A DNA stretch of 64,000 nucleotides from Bryobacterales bacterium (GCA_963422375.2 CAXXKD010000001.1:160001-224000), one strand, 5' to 3'; positions 28,700-40,010 are shown, counted from the first letter of the stretch. Numbers and translations are program-made. The notes: generated by a model from the letters alone, not told the origin.

Positions 28700-29930
28700 G
28701 GCACAGCTTGGCTTGAACGCCGACGAGGCGATTCGGGCGGGACGGGCGTGCGCCCGCCGGCCATGCCTGCATCGCTTCGAATGACGATAGTGCCGTTGAA
28801 CAGGCGAGAGTCGTTGGCGGAATTCTAATGCTCGTGCGGGCAAGAGAGACGATCAATCTCGAGGACTCTTGGACTTCGGCGGGTCTTGCTGAAAGCATAT
28901 GCAGCATTCCTCGCGATTTGCGAGTCCAATCTTGATCAAGTTTGAAACCGACCTAAGGAATGGGGCCTTCCGACAGCTTCAGTTGACAAGACCTTGGACT
29001 GCAAGACTACTGTACTACTGTCGGATTCTCAGTACGGTCACCAGTCCGGAGCACCTCCGTTTCAGTGGACATTCGGTGTGAATCACGCCTGTGCCGAGGT
29101 TGTGAAACTACGGCCCGCTGGGAATCACAGATTCAAGATCGTGATGAGTGGGACGGTAAGCGTCGATTCCCTGGGCCCGAGCGTTCGGATCTCTTGAAAT
29201 CGCAACCAAGTCCACCAGGTCTGATGCTAACCGCACAACGATTGATTGGAGAGGATGGCGGTTCGACGCGAAAGAGGGGCCAAGGGGCTCTGACTCTGTC
29301 GCGACGGTGCACGTCTGGCTGCTTGACGAGACTCGGAATTCCGTACATCAAAGGATTGGTCAAATACGGTCGTCCCGGCGTGAGGCCGTGGGATTCTCCG
29401 CAAGGCCTTTCGATTCAGGCACTTGAGGCGGTGCCCTGACGCGAGTCGGCGGACGGCGGACCGAGGGGCCCGGCTAGCGAAGCCGCCGCCCGCCCGCAGG
29501 GGCCTTGCCGAGCAACACCCCTGCCCGAGGGGGCAACGGCGGTCGGACCTGACATCGGGACGAGGGGGCGGCGGTCAGTCAGGGTCCGGCGCGAGACGCG
29601 GCTCGCGACGCAGGATCCCCGTCCCGCTGCGTGTCGCGAGGGCGTGGCGGGCGGCCCCTAGCCGGCGCCTTGGCGGACCCTCCCGCGCGACGGCCGCCGG
29701 CGCTGCCGTGCGCGACCTCGGGCAGGCCCGGGGCACGGCCGGCGCTGCCTCGGCCCGGCGAGCGGGTCGGCCGGCGCTGGCCGGGACCTCCCGGAAGGTG
29801 TAGGGCACCGGCTCCGGCCGCGGTCCCGAGGCGCATTTCGAGAATTTTATATCAGATCATTATTGCATTGATATTGGATCTATTTGGAATGAAATAGATT
29901 TTCCAATTATTTCCATTATTTTTTTCTATA

Positions 29931-32309
29931 CGCCCATTCAACTCCGAAGTGCGACACACGGGTAAGGGGCGGTGGGCTAGGATACTAGGACCACAGTAGC
30001 AGATCCAGCGGCGCCGGACAAGCCGCTGCCGGGCCGAAGCGGGGGGCCGCGTCCCGGGCAGGCGGGAATGCGTGTCCCGTTTCCGGAAGGGAATTATATA
30101 TCTGAGTGCCGAGGCAACCGATTTTGCAAATTATCAGTCCATAAATTAATTTCATATTTCTTCCGGAGATCTGTTGACAGTCGGTGGAGTATATTGATAG
30201 AATAGTTCCAATATATGAGGTCGTCTATGAAGCAGAAAGGTCCCGGGAAGTGATTTCGTAAAGGCATCACTCTGATTGAAGTGATCGCCATGTTCCGCGA
30301 TGACGAATCCGCGGAAAAGTGGTTCGCCTCCATGCGCTGGCCGGACGGTCCGGCATGCCCCCACTGCCGCGGCTCCAGCGTGCAGTCCGGCGCGGCCCAC
30401 CCTTCGATGCCGTACCGTTGCCGCGGCTGCGGCAAGCGCTTTTCCGTGCGCACCGGCAGCGTGATGGCCGACACTAAGCTCGGCTACCGCACCCGGGCCG
30501 TCGCCCTGTTCCTGCTGACCACTGGCATCAAGGGTGTCTCGAGCATGAAGCTGCACCGCGACCTAGGCATCAGCCAGAAGTCGGCCTGGCACCTGGCGCA
30601 CCGCATCCGCGCGTGCCGGGAGCGCGGGACCGCGCCACGAACGCAGTGGCCGCGCGGCCGCTGCCGGGCACCGCCAAGGGCGACCTGCAGGGCTTCGTGC
30701 GCGGCCGGGTCGCGCCGCGGGCGCAGCTCTACTCCGACGAGGCGGCGGCCTACGCCGGCATGGCGGAGTTCGTGGGACGGTGCAACGACCGCGACTGCGA
30801 CACGGCGGAACAGATGCGGCGCATGGCGCGGGGCCTGGTCGGCCGGACGCTGACCTACCGGCAGCTGACCGGCAAGGCCGCAGTCGCGGCCCGAGCGGCG
30901 CCCTCCGAGCCGAGCGCCGGGGATCCGCTGTCTTCGGCCCTCGGAGGGCACGCAAGCGGCTTGCAAGGGGTGCCCTCCACCGCCAACCGGATTCCACCGG
31001 GCATGCGAGGGGGCCTCTCTAATCCGTGCCTCGTCAATTCCGCTGGCAGGCTCGATTCAGATACGATCCCACCTTGCTGTGCCTACCGCGGCCGCATTCG
31101 AATGACCCGAGCCAGACCCGGAGGGTCGAATCCGCGCCTGTCCGGGCGCAGCTCCCCCGCGCCCCTGTCCCCGCGGCGGGCTGCCAGCCCTGCCTCAGCC
31201 CCGCGGCACCCGCTCCCGCGCCGCCGGGAAGACTTCCTCCGGCGTGCGCCCGCCCGGCACCTTCCGCGGACGCCGGTTCAGGCGGTCCCGCGCCTCCCGC
31301 ATCCGGGCCGGGTCCACCCGCCGCAGGTCCGTCCCCTGCGGGAAGTACTGCCGCGGCAGCCCGTTGGCATGCTCGTTCAGCCCGCGCTCCCAGGAGTGGC
31401 AGGGCCGCGCGAAGTAGAAGCCCGCCCCCAGCCGCTGCGCCACCTCCCGGTGCCTCCCGGTGCCCCGCGAACTCCTTGCCGCGAACTCCTTGCCGTTGTC
31501 GGCCGTGATCGTGCGCGTCACGGCCCCGCTCCCTGCGAGCATGGCCGTCATCGCCGCCCCGACCAGCTGCGCCGTGCGCCGGCTAACCGGCTGCACTAGC
31601 AGGTACTTGGAGAACCGGTCCACCAGCGTCACCAGCGTCCCGCGGCGCGGCCCGCCGATCACGGTGTCGGCCTCCCGGTCGCCGACGCGCGCCTGCGCTT
31701 GCGCCTCCGCCGGGCGCTCCGCGATGTCCGCGCGCCCCGGGATCAGGCCGCGGCCCGCCGTCCGGCCGACCCGCCGGACGCGCTTGCGGCCGCCCTGCCT
31801 CAGGTGCCGGTACAGCCGGCCCCCCTGCCGCCGGTCCGCGCGCACCAGCTGGTAGATCCGTTCAGGGCTGATCTCCAGCGCCCCTTCCCGCTTCAGCCGC
31901 GCCGCGACCTGCTCCGGGCTCCAGTCCTGCCGCAGGCAGTCCTCGATCCGCGCCCGCAGCGCCGACGTCAGCTGGCGCCGCCGCCGCTCCGCGCGCTCCC
32001 CCAGCTGTAGCTCGCCGCGCGCTCGCCCTCCGCCGGTCGGCCGTTGCGGCCCACTTCCCGGTAGATCGTGGCCCGCTTGCGGCCCGGCTGCCCGGCGATC
32101 CTGTCCGCTCCCTAGCCCGCCGCCCGCAGCGTCTCGATCCGGCAGCGCTCCTCCTGCCTCACGTGCGTGTAGCTCTTCCGCATCTGCCTCCCTGCTCCTT
32201 CCAGCACCTACCAGCCTACTGCCGCGACACCACCGGTCGCTGGCCCCCCCTCTCCCCTCCCTGCCATCTTGTGGCTCGGCGCGTGTCGCACTTCGGAGTT
32301 GAATGGGCG
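29931..32309 (-). mobile_element. IS30-family element (transposase 32183 to ~31195, broken) containing IS1595 copy 3
   Basis: IR CGCCCATTCAACTCCGAAGTGCGACAC at both ends. ATA on both flanks. MRKSYTH..ERCRI, GD.EADTV, TITADNGKEF, HSWERGLNEHANG, LNRRPRK. Confidence 0.92.
30089..31115 (+). mobile_element. IS1595 copy 3; nonsense codon, internal deletions, right end lost
   Basis: Left TIR at 30089. TGA at 30251. Deletions near 30625, 30770 and 30915. Confidence 0.9.
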
Positions 32310-32359
32310 ATATACTTTTAATTAAATCACATAATATAACAATATACTAGAATTGAAAT

Positions 32360-33418
32360 GGGAATTATATATCTGAGTGCCGAGGGAATCAAGTCGGCAA
32401 ATTATCAATCCATTATAAGATTTCATATTTCTCCCGAATTTCCGTTGACATTCTGTGGTGTTTCTTGGTAGAATAGTTCCAGTAGGGGATACCATAAATG
32501 AAGAAATCAGGTCCCGGAAAGTGGTTCCGTAAAGGCATCACATTGATCGAAGTGATCGCCATGTTCCCCGATGACGAATCCGCGGAAAAATGGTTCGCCT
32601 CCATGCGCTGGCCCGACGGTCCGGTATGCCCCCACTGCCGCGGCTCCAGCGTGCAGTCCGACGCGGCCCACCCTTCGATGCCGTACCGTTGCCGCGGCTG
32701 CGGGAAGCGCTTTTCGGTGCGCACCGGCAGCGTGATGGCCGACACCGAGCTCGGCTACCGCACCCGGGCCGTGGCCCTGTTCCTGCTGACCACCGGCATC
32801 AAGGGCGTCTCGAGCATGAAGCTGCACCGCGACCTAGGCATCAGCCGGAAGTCGGCCTGGCACCTGGCGCACCGCATCCGCGCGTGCCGGGAGCGGGATC
32901 GGGGCCTGTTCGCCGGCCCGGTGGAGGTGGACGAGACCTACGTCGGCGGCAAGGAACGCAACAAGCACGAGAGGAAGAAGGCCCGCGCCACGAACGCAGT
33001 GGCCGCGCGGCCGCTGCCGGGCACCGCCAAGGGCGACCTGCAGGGCTTCGTGCGCGGCCGGGTCGCGCCGGGGGCGCAGCTCTACTCCGACGAGGCGGCG
33101 GCCTACGCCGGCATGGCGGAGTTCGCGCACGAAGCCGTCAGGCACTCCGGCGGCGAGTACGTGCGCGGGGCAGCGCATGCGAACGGCATCGAGTCGTTTT
33201 GGTCCCTGTTCAAGCGCGGCCTGTACGGCACCTATCACCGGATGAGCGTCCGTCATCTCGGCCGCTACCTCACGGAGTTCGCGGGACGGTACAACGACCG
33301 CGACTGCGACACGGCGGAACGGATGCGGCGCATGGCGCGGGGCCTGGTCGGCCGGACGCTGACCTGCCGGCAGCTGACCGGCAAGGCCGCGGTCGCGGCC
33401 TGAGCGGCGACCGCCGCG
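32360..33418 (+). mobile_element. IS1595 copy 4 (transposase 32498-33403, 17-aa in-frame deletion), right end lost
   Basis: Left TIR at 32360. ORF near-identical to copy 1. Confidence 0.92.
32445..32474 (+). promoter_or_regulatory. Sigma70-like promoter of the IS1595 transposase
   Basis: TTGACA-18 nt-TAGAAT with TG before the -10. The same hexamers occur at 30174-30203 with a diverged spacer. Variants TTGATA and TTGAAA in copies 1 and 2. Confidence 0.7.
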
Positions 33419-33469
33419 CCAGCCCCTGCAACGCGCCGGCGCGCCGGGCCCGGGCCGGCGCCAGCCGTC

Positions 33470-34202
33470 CGCGCTGACGACGCACCCGAGCCTGTCCGCC
33501 GAGCAGGTGGCGGGCCTGCTGCGCTCGCGCTGGACGCAGGAGAACTTCTTCAAGTACATGCGCAGCGAGTTCGGGCTCGACACCCTGGCCGAGCACGCCC
33601 TGGCGGAGGTCGCTCCGGACACGCGGGTGACCAACCCGCCCTGGCGCGTGGCCGGGAACCTGCGCGAGAAGACCGAGGAGCGTCTCGGCCGGCTGCGCCG
33701 CCGGCTGGCCCGGGAAGAGCATCCCGACAGCGAGCGGGGCCGCCGGCTGCAAGCGCAGCCGGCCGCGGCCGACAGGCTCGAAAAGGGCCTGGCATGGGGC
33801 ATGAGCCACTGCCGGCAGCACGTCCCGGCGGGCGAGCTGGACCCGGAGGACCGCGTGACGGCCCTGCCCGCGCCGCTGCGCCACCTGCTCGAGACCGTGC
33901 GCGTGGCGGCCTGCCGGGCCGAGCCGGCCATGGCGGCCGTGGTCGCGCCCGAGCCGGCCAAGCCCGAGACGGCCCGCGAGCTGCTGCAGGCGCTGTTCCG
34001 CAGCGCGGCCGGCCTGCGCCCGGACCCGGCCGCGGGCACCCTCGCCGTGAGCCTGCTGCACCAATCCAGGCGGGCCCGCGACGAGGCGCTCGGACCGCTG
34101 ACCGCGGATCTCAACCGCGCCCGGGCGGCGTTCCCCGGCACGGACCTGCGCTTGTCCTACGAAATCCTGCCGGCCGCTCCGACGCGCCCGGCGGGGGCCT
34201 AG
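33470..34202 (+). pseudogene. C-terminal fragment of an unclassified large transposase
   Basis: LRSRWTQENFFKYMRSEFGLDTL..ARELLQALF..LN....FPGTDLRL.Y, recalled from putative DDE transposases. 5' part lost at IS1595 copy 4. Confidence 0.7.
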
Positions 34203-35287
34203 CGCGGCTCCTCAGGCGGAGCGCTGGAAGCGCGGGCCTCCCCGGCGGCCCGGCCGGGTCCCGAGCCAGCCGCGACCAACCGCGGCGGGTTCCGCGCGGA
34301 GCACCCGCGGTCGCCGCCGACGACGGCCTTCCCCGGAGGTGACCGGACCGCTCCCGGTACCCGTCCCCGCCGGCTGGCCGGCGCAGTTACCGGTGACACC
34401 GCTCTCCCGCTCGAGGTACCAAGGCCCCGATCCATGCCTCCGCGGCTGCTCGCCCCAAGGCCGTCCGCGAGTCCCTGCGGCCAGCCCATCGCCCCGGCCA
34501 CACCGTCCCGCTCCCCTCCGACGCGAGACTCTTGGACAACCCAAAACTGCCTATGTTCGGAACTCTGTGCCTGCCGTGTCATAGGGCTCCGTCCTCTCCG
34601 TCTCCGTTCCCACGCTTCACGGATCACCGGAGTAGATCGCGGAAATAGCGCAGGTCAATTTATTGATCGATGACCGTACTTCTCCATGAATGATCGGTCT
34701 CAATTGACAATCCTTGACCAAGAGCTGTGGAGAGAAATCGACATAGGGATGGAGCATGAGGGCGGATTACGAGAAAGCCAAGCTCTCGAGGATGCCCGCA
34801 AGAGCCGTGCAAAGCCTCTAGATTGCCCGCGTGGAAACCGCCACGCAGGGAATCGAGCTTGACCCCCGTCCCAGAATCTTCGTCCCGGCTGCCCCGGGAG
34901 GAATCCAGTCGAGCGACTGCGAGACCGAGTTGCACGAGAGGCTCTTCGGTCTGCCTGCGAGCCGCATCCGAGACCGTGCGCAGCCGCGCGAGGAGGCACG
35001 ACGCCGCCGAGGAATCGGACGTCGCCGAGATCGCTTCTTCACCGGCCGTCCGGGGATGTGCCGTCGGTCCGCTCTCATTCCGGGCCTGCTCGCGTCGCGC
35101 GTGAACGGAGACTGCGACCGGCTGACAATGCTGGCGAAGCCCGTGCGTCCAGCAAGAGCCAGCATACGATACTAATGGATCTCGGTCGCCCACCGCGCCG
35201 TTCGTCGACGCGGTGCTTTCAGGCTTGCCGCCGCGGGCCGTAGGCGGCGCCCAGTTCCCTCCTCGCCCCGGTACCCGCAATCCGCTC

Positions 35288-36745
35288 ATGCTGCTGCTCT
35301 TGATCCTCGCCTGCCTGCCGCTCGCGGCCGAGTCGGGCTCCCTGCCCAACTTCGTAGTCATCCTCGCTGACGACCAGGGCTACGCCGACCTCGGAGTGCA
35401 AGGCCACCCGTACATCCGAACTCCGCGAATCGACCGAATGGCGGCGGAGGGCCTCCGCTTCACGGATTTCTACGCCCAGCCCTTCTGCGGTCCGGCGAGG
35501 GCCGCCTTGATGACCGGCACCTACCCGTCGCGCAACAGCCTCATGTTCAACCACATCCCCGGGGCTCGGACGGGAATCCATCCGAACGAGATCACGATCG
35601 CCGAACTACTCCGTGACCGAGGCTACGCGACAACGATGCTGGGCAAGTGGCACTTGGGTGACGCGCCCGACTTCCTGCCCACCCGCAACGGCTTCGACTC
35701 GTATTACGGGCTGCCGTACTCCAACGACATGTGGCCATTCCACCCCAAGATCGAGCGCCGCCCCGACGAAAGCGAGCGCATGCGCTACACCCGGGAGCGC
35801 ACGGACTACACCGGATACGCCCAGTCCGACGAGACGTATCCGTTGGACTGGTTCCCGCCCCTGCCACTCGTCGAGAACGAGGCCGTCATCGAGACCAACC
35901 CGCTCCAGGAGCGCCTGACGGGCGACTACACCGATCGCGCGATCGAGTTCATCCGTTCCAATCGCGAGCGCCCGTTTTTCGTCTACATCGCGCATGCCAT
36001 GCCCCACGTGCCTCTGTTCCGGGGGCGCGCCTTCCGCGACAGGTCGCTGCGAGGGCTGTACGGGGACGTCATCGAGGAGATCGATCACCACACGGGGCGC
36101 GTCCTCGACGTTCTGGAAGAGCTCGGGATCGACGGGAACACCCTAGTCTTCTTCACGTCCGACAACGGCCCGTGGGCCGGGTACGGCATCGACGCCGGCT
36201 CGGCCGGGCTGCTGCGCGGGAGCAAGGGCACGGTCTTCGAGGGAGGGATTCGCGTGCCGGCGATCATGCGCTGGCCGGGTCGCATCCCGGCGGGCCTGGT
36301 GACCTCCGAGGTGGCCTCGATCATGGACATCTTCCCGACGCTGGCCAGCTTGGCGGAGGGGCAGCCGCCCGGCGACCGGACGATAGACGGGCGCGACTTG
36401 CAGCCCCTGTGGGAGGATCCGGACGAGGCCCGCGGGCACGAGACGCTCTATTTCTTCGAGGGCGGATTCCGCTACCGGGCCGAAGACGGCCCGCCTGCGA
36501 ACGATCCAATCCTGCGAGCCGTTCGCTCGGGGCCGTGGAAGCTGCACGTGAGCACGGAACAGGGCGAAGGCGATTCGGTGACGATCGAGCCCGGGGAGCT
36601 GTTCCAGCTGCACTGGAATCCCAGCGAGTCGCGCGACGTGGCCGCCAAGCATCCCGACATAGTCGAGCGCCTGGCGGGCCGGGCCAAGTCGTTCATGAGG
36701 GGCTTGCTCAAGGACATTCGCCCGCTGGGCCGTCTCGCTGACTGA
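35288..36745 (+). CDS. Secreted sulfatase (arylsulfatase A family)
   Basis: PNFVVILADDQG, CGPARAALMTG (CxPxR), GKWHLG, MPHVP, TSDNG. Confidence 0.95.
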   Translation: MLLLLILACLPLAAESGSLPNFVVILADDQGYADLGVQGHPYIRTPRIDRMAAEGLRFTDFYAQPFCGPARAALMTGTYPSRNSLMFNHIPGARTGIHPNEITIAELLRDRGYATTMLGKWHLGDAPDFLPTRNGFDSYYGLPYSNDMWPFHPKIERRPDESERMRYTRERTDYTGYAQSDETYPLDWFPPLPLVENEAVIETNPLQERLTGDYTDRAIEFIRSNRERPFFVYIAHAMPHVPLFRGRAFRDRSLRGLYGDVIEEIDHHTGRVLDVLEELGIDGNTLVFFTSDNGPWAGYGIDAGSAGLLRGSKGTVFEGGIRVPAIMRWPGRIPAGLVTSEVASIMDIFPTLASLAEGQPPGDRTIDGRDLQPLWEDPDEARGHETLYFFEGGFRYRAEDGPPANDPILRAVRSGPWKLHVSTEQGEGDSVTIEPGELFQLHWNPSESRDVAAKHPDIVERLAGRAKSFMRGLLKDIRPLGRLAD

Positions 36746-36762
36746 CGGAGCCGGGAAGGGGG

Positions 36763-39048
36763 CTACTCGACGGCGTAGAGTCCGATGTCGATGCCCCTCT
36801 GACCGTCGGAGCGGTCCCCTGTCGCCGCGATCACGTTCGTGCCCTCGCGCAGCAGGCCCGCGCTGCCGCTCAGGTCCATGTGGTGGTAGTGGCGCCCGCC
36901 GGGCCGGATGTCGCCGAAGTTGAAGACCTCCTCCCCGTTGAGGTAGATCGCTCCGCTGTCGACTCCGCGGTAGGTTTCGAGCCAGAGGCTCTCGGGCACG
37001 GACTCGACCTCGAACGTCCTGCGCAGCCAGATCTGGCCGCTCGTCCAGACCTTGCCGGTCGGGAACTGGGCGTCCTCGCCGCTCTGGAACGGGCCGGGCG
37101 CGCTCTGCCACCCTTCGCTTTCCGTGCCGGTCGTCCATCCGTCTTCCGGCGCGTCCATGCGGTACTGCCATTCGCGAGGCACGGTTTCCGAGGTCGGCAG
37201 AAGCGCCCTTTCAACGCCTTCGGACCTGTAGATCAGGCCGTGGAGCGGCTCGAGGGCGTCCCTGTCGAACTTGACCAGCTCCCTGTCGTAGGTCATCAGG
37301 CCGTTGACTTCGCCCTCGACGTCGGTCGTCTGCGTGTAGATGGCCGCCGCGAGGCCGAGCGCGCGCGGACCCACGAGATTGCTCACGACCTCTTCGTACT
37401 TGGCATGCAGGTCCTCGTGGCTGAAGTAGGTCCGGTAGCCCCAGTTGCGCCTGTCGGTCCACCACAAGTGCCCCTCGACCGGCCAGCCCAGACCGCCGAA
37501 TTCGCCGAGCAGGGTGGCCCGGCCGGGCGTGACCCGTTCCATGCCGGGACCCGGGTACATGTGCGCGTCGTACACGTCCCCGATCCCGCGGTCCGTCCAG
37601 CCGCTCGTGGTGTTGACGAGACGCGTCGGGTCGCGCTCGCGCACGAAGCGGTCGATCCGCTCCACGTCGTACTGGCCCCACCCTTCGTTGAACGGCACCC
37701 ACATGACGATGGAGGGGAAGAACGAGAACGCGTCGACGAGCTCCGCCAGCTCGGCTTCGAACTGCGCGGCCGAGTCCTCCGGTCGCTGCGCGTCTTCCGG
37801 GTCGGCCGGGCCTACCCGCAGATTGCCCTCGCTGCCCCGGCGCAGGTTGCCGTTGGGCATGTCCTGCCAGACCAGCAGCCCGAGCCGGTCGCAGTGGTAG
37901 TACCACCGCGCCGGCTCGACCTTGACGTGCTTGCGCGCCGTGTTGAATCCGAGCATCTTGGTTACTTCGATGTCGTAGCGCAGGGCCTCGTCGGTCGGGG
38001 CCGTGTAAAGCCCGTCGGGCCACCAGCCCTGGTCGAGGGGCCCGAACATGAAGAGCGGCTCGCCGTTCAGCGCCAGGCGGGAGAAGCCGCGCGAGTCCTC
38101 CACCAGGGATATGTCGCGGATGGCGAAGTAGCTGGTCACCCGGTCCAAGTCCTCGCCGTCGCGGGCGAGGGTCACGTCCAGGTCGTACAGGTTGGGCGCG
38201 TCGGGCGTCCACAGCTGCGGATCCTCCACGCGGAGCCGCACGGCTTCGCCCGGCGTGCCGCGGGCCTCGCCCACCCGGCTCCCGTCGCGATAGGCTGCCA
38301 GCCTCACCGTGCATCCCGGGCAGCTCCCCCGGGTGGAAACGGTGATTTCCGCCGCCCCGCCGGGCCGGTCGGGCTCGATCCTGAGGGAGTCCACCGAGAC
38401 CGCCGGGACGGGCTCGGCCCAGACCGTCTGCCAGATGCCCGTGATCGAGGTGTACCAGATGCCGCTCGGCGCGCTCACCTGCTTGCCGCGGGCCTGCGTC
38501 CAGGTGTCGGTCGGATCCCAGACGGAGACGGCCAGGTCCTGCTCGGCGCCCTCTGCGAGCAGGTCCGTCACGTCGAAGGTAAAGGGCGTGTAGCCGCCCT
38601 TGTGCTCGCCGGCCTGCTCGCCGTTCACGTACACGCGGGCGTGCCAGTCGACGGCCCCGAAGTGCAGCAGAATCCGCTCGCCGCGCCATTCGGGCGGCAC
38701 CTCGAACGACCGCCGGTACCACAGGGAGCGCTCCAGACCGGGCACCTCGCCGACACCGGAGAGCGTGGACTCGATCGCGAAGGGAACCAGGATCTGCCCG
38801 TCGAAAGCGGCCGGCCGCCCGGCCTCCTTGGGCGTGAGCGCGTAGTCCCACTGCCCGTTGAGATTCAGCCAGCGCCCGCGGACCATCTGCGGACGCGGGT
38901 ATTCGGGCCAGGGCAGGGCGGGGTCCACGTCCGCGGCGAACCGGCTCGTCATCGGGACTTCCTCCGCCGGCTCGGTGCAGCCCCAGGTCCCGGCGAGCGC
39001 GAGCGCTCCCGCGCATGCGAGAATTTGGCGGCGGATCGTCGCGGGCAT
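36763..39048 (-). CDS. Glycoside hydrolase family 2, lipoprotein
   Basis: Lipobox TWGC. LHFGAVDW, LDQGWWPDG, RKHVKVEP, WVPFNEGWGQ, LGEFGG. Confidence 0.92.
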   Translation of the reverse strand: MPATIRRQILACAGALALAGTWGCTEPAEEVPMTSRFAADVDPALPWPEYPRPQMVRGRWLNLNGQWDYALTPKEAGRPAAFDGQILVPFAIESTLSGVGEVPGLERSLWYRRSFEVPPEWRGERILLHFGAVDWHARVYVNGEQAGEHKGGYTPFTFDVTDLLAEGAEQDLAVSVWDPTDTWTQARGKQVSAPSGIWYTSITGIWQTVWAEPVPAVSVDSLRIEPDRPGGAAEITVSTRGSCPGCTVRLAAYRDGSRVGEARGTPGEAVRLRVEDPQLWTPDAPNLYDLDVTLARDGEDLDRVTSYFAIRDISLVEDSRGFSRLALNGEPLFMFGPLDQGWWPDGLYTAPTDEALRYDIEVTKMLGFNTARKHVKVEPARWYYHCDRLGLLVWQDMPNGNLRRGSEGNLRVGPADPEDAQRPEDSAAQFEAELAELVDAFSFFPSIVMWVPFNEGWGQYDVERIDRFVRERDPTRLVNTTSGWTDRGIGDVYDAHMYPGPGMERVTPGRATLLGEFGGLGWPVEGHLWWTDRRNWGYRTYFSHEDLHAKYEEVVSNLVGPRALGLAAAIYTQTTDVEGEVNGLMTYDRELVKFDRDALEPLHGLIYRSEGVERALLPTSETVPREWQYRMDAPEDGWTTGTESEGWQSAPGPFQSGEDAQFPTGKVWTSGQIWLRRTFEVESVPESLWLETYRGVDSGAIYLNGEEVFNFGDIRPGGRHYHHMDLSGSAGLLREGTNVIAATGDRSDGQRGIDIGLYAVE

Positions 39049-39139
39049 CCATGAAAGGCTAGCAGACCCCCGGTCCGTTCCCGGCGCGCCCGGCCCGCGG
39101 TCGGCGCATGTTCGCGCCGCGCGGGACGGGAATCCGGAG

Positions 39140-39978
39140 ATGATCCTGACCCTCACTCTCAACCCCGCCATCGACCTGGCGCGCGGCGCTTCGACTTCGG
39201 CGGCAGGGCCTTCCTCGAGTCGGAGCTCGAGACCGCCGGGGGGAAGGGGATCAACGCGGCTCGGGTCATCCACTCCTACGGCGGCGCGGTCCTCGCGGTA
39301 GCGCCGGTCGGAGGGCGCAACGGGCGGAGATGCGGCGAGCTGCTCCGGGCCGACGGCGTGCCGGCCGACCTAGTGAGGGTGGAGGCGAAGACGCGGCGGA
39401 ACGTGGCCGTCTCGGACCGCGCCGGCGCGACTCTCAAGCTGGACCAGAGGGGCCGCGCGCTCTCCGCCGGGGAACTGGCCCGCGTCGCAGCCGCGGTGGA
39501 GCGGCGCCTGCCCGGCCTGCGCTGGCTGATGCTGGCGGGCAGCGTCGCTCCCGGCAGCCCCCTCGGAGCCTACCGGCGCTTCGCGAGGATGGGCCGGCGT
39601 GCAGGCGTGCCCGTCCTAGTGGACACGAGCGGGCCGTCCCTGGCGGAGGCGCTGGAGGAGGGCCCGGCGCTGGCCAAGCCGAACCGGCGGGAGGCCGCCG
39701 ACCTGCTCGGGCGAGAGATCCCCGGAACCGACGAGGCGGTTCGGGCCGCCGAGGAAGTGCGCCGGCGCGGGGCCGAGCGGGTCGTGCTCTCGCTCGGCGG
39801 CGACGGCGCGGTCGTCGCCAGGTGCCCGGTCGGTTCCGGGGACGTCCTGGCCGCGGTCTGCGTCTGGTCCTTGGATCGCGGGGATCCGTTCGCGGACGCC
39901 CTGCGCCGGGGCGTGGCGGCCGCGACGGTCGCGGCTTCGCTGCCCGGTCTCGAGTTCGGGAGCCCGGCGCAGGTCTAG
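39140..39978 (+). pseudogene. 1-phosphofructokinase-like PfkB kinase, frameshifted
   Basis: MILTLTLNPAID lies in one frame; GGKGINAARV, LAGS, KPNRREA and VGSGD lie in another. Shift at about 39185-39235. Confidence 0.75.
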
Positions 39979-40010
39979 TCCATGCTCGTCCGGGTCGCAG
40001 TGCGCGCCGG

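Noticed and set aside
28700..29400. Short ORFs in a lower-GC stretch after the ASST pseudogene
   Set aside because: No recognisable motifs or consistent frame.
34530..34566. Possible IS end (reverse complement CAGAGTTCCGAACATAGG)
   Set aside because: No partner IR or adjoining transposase identified.
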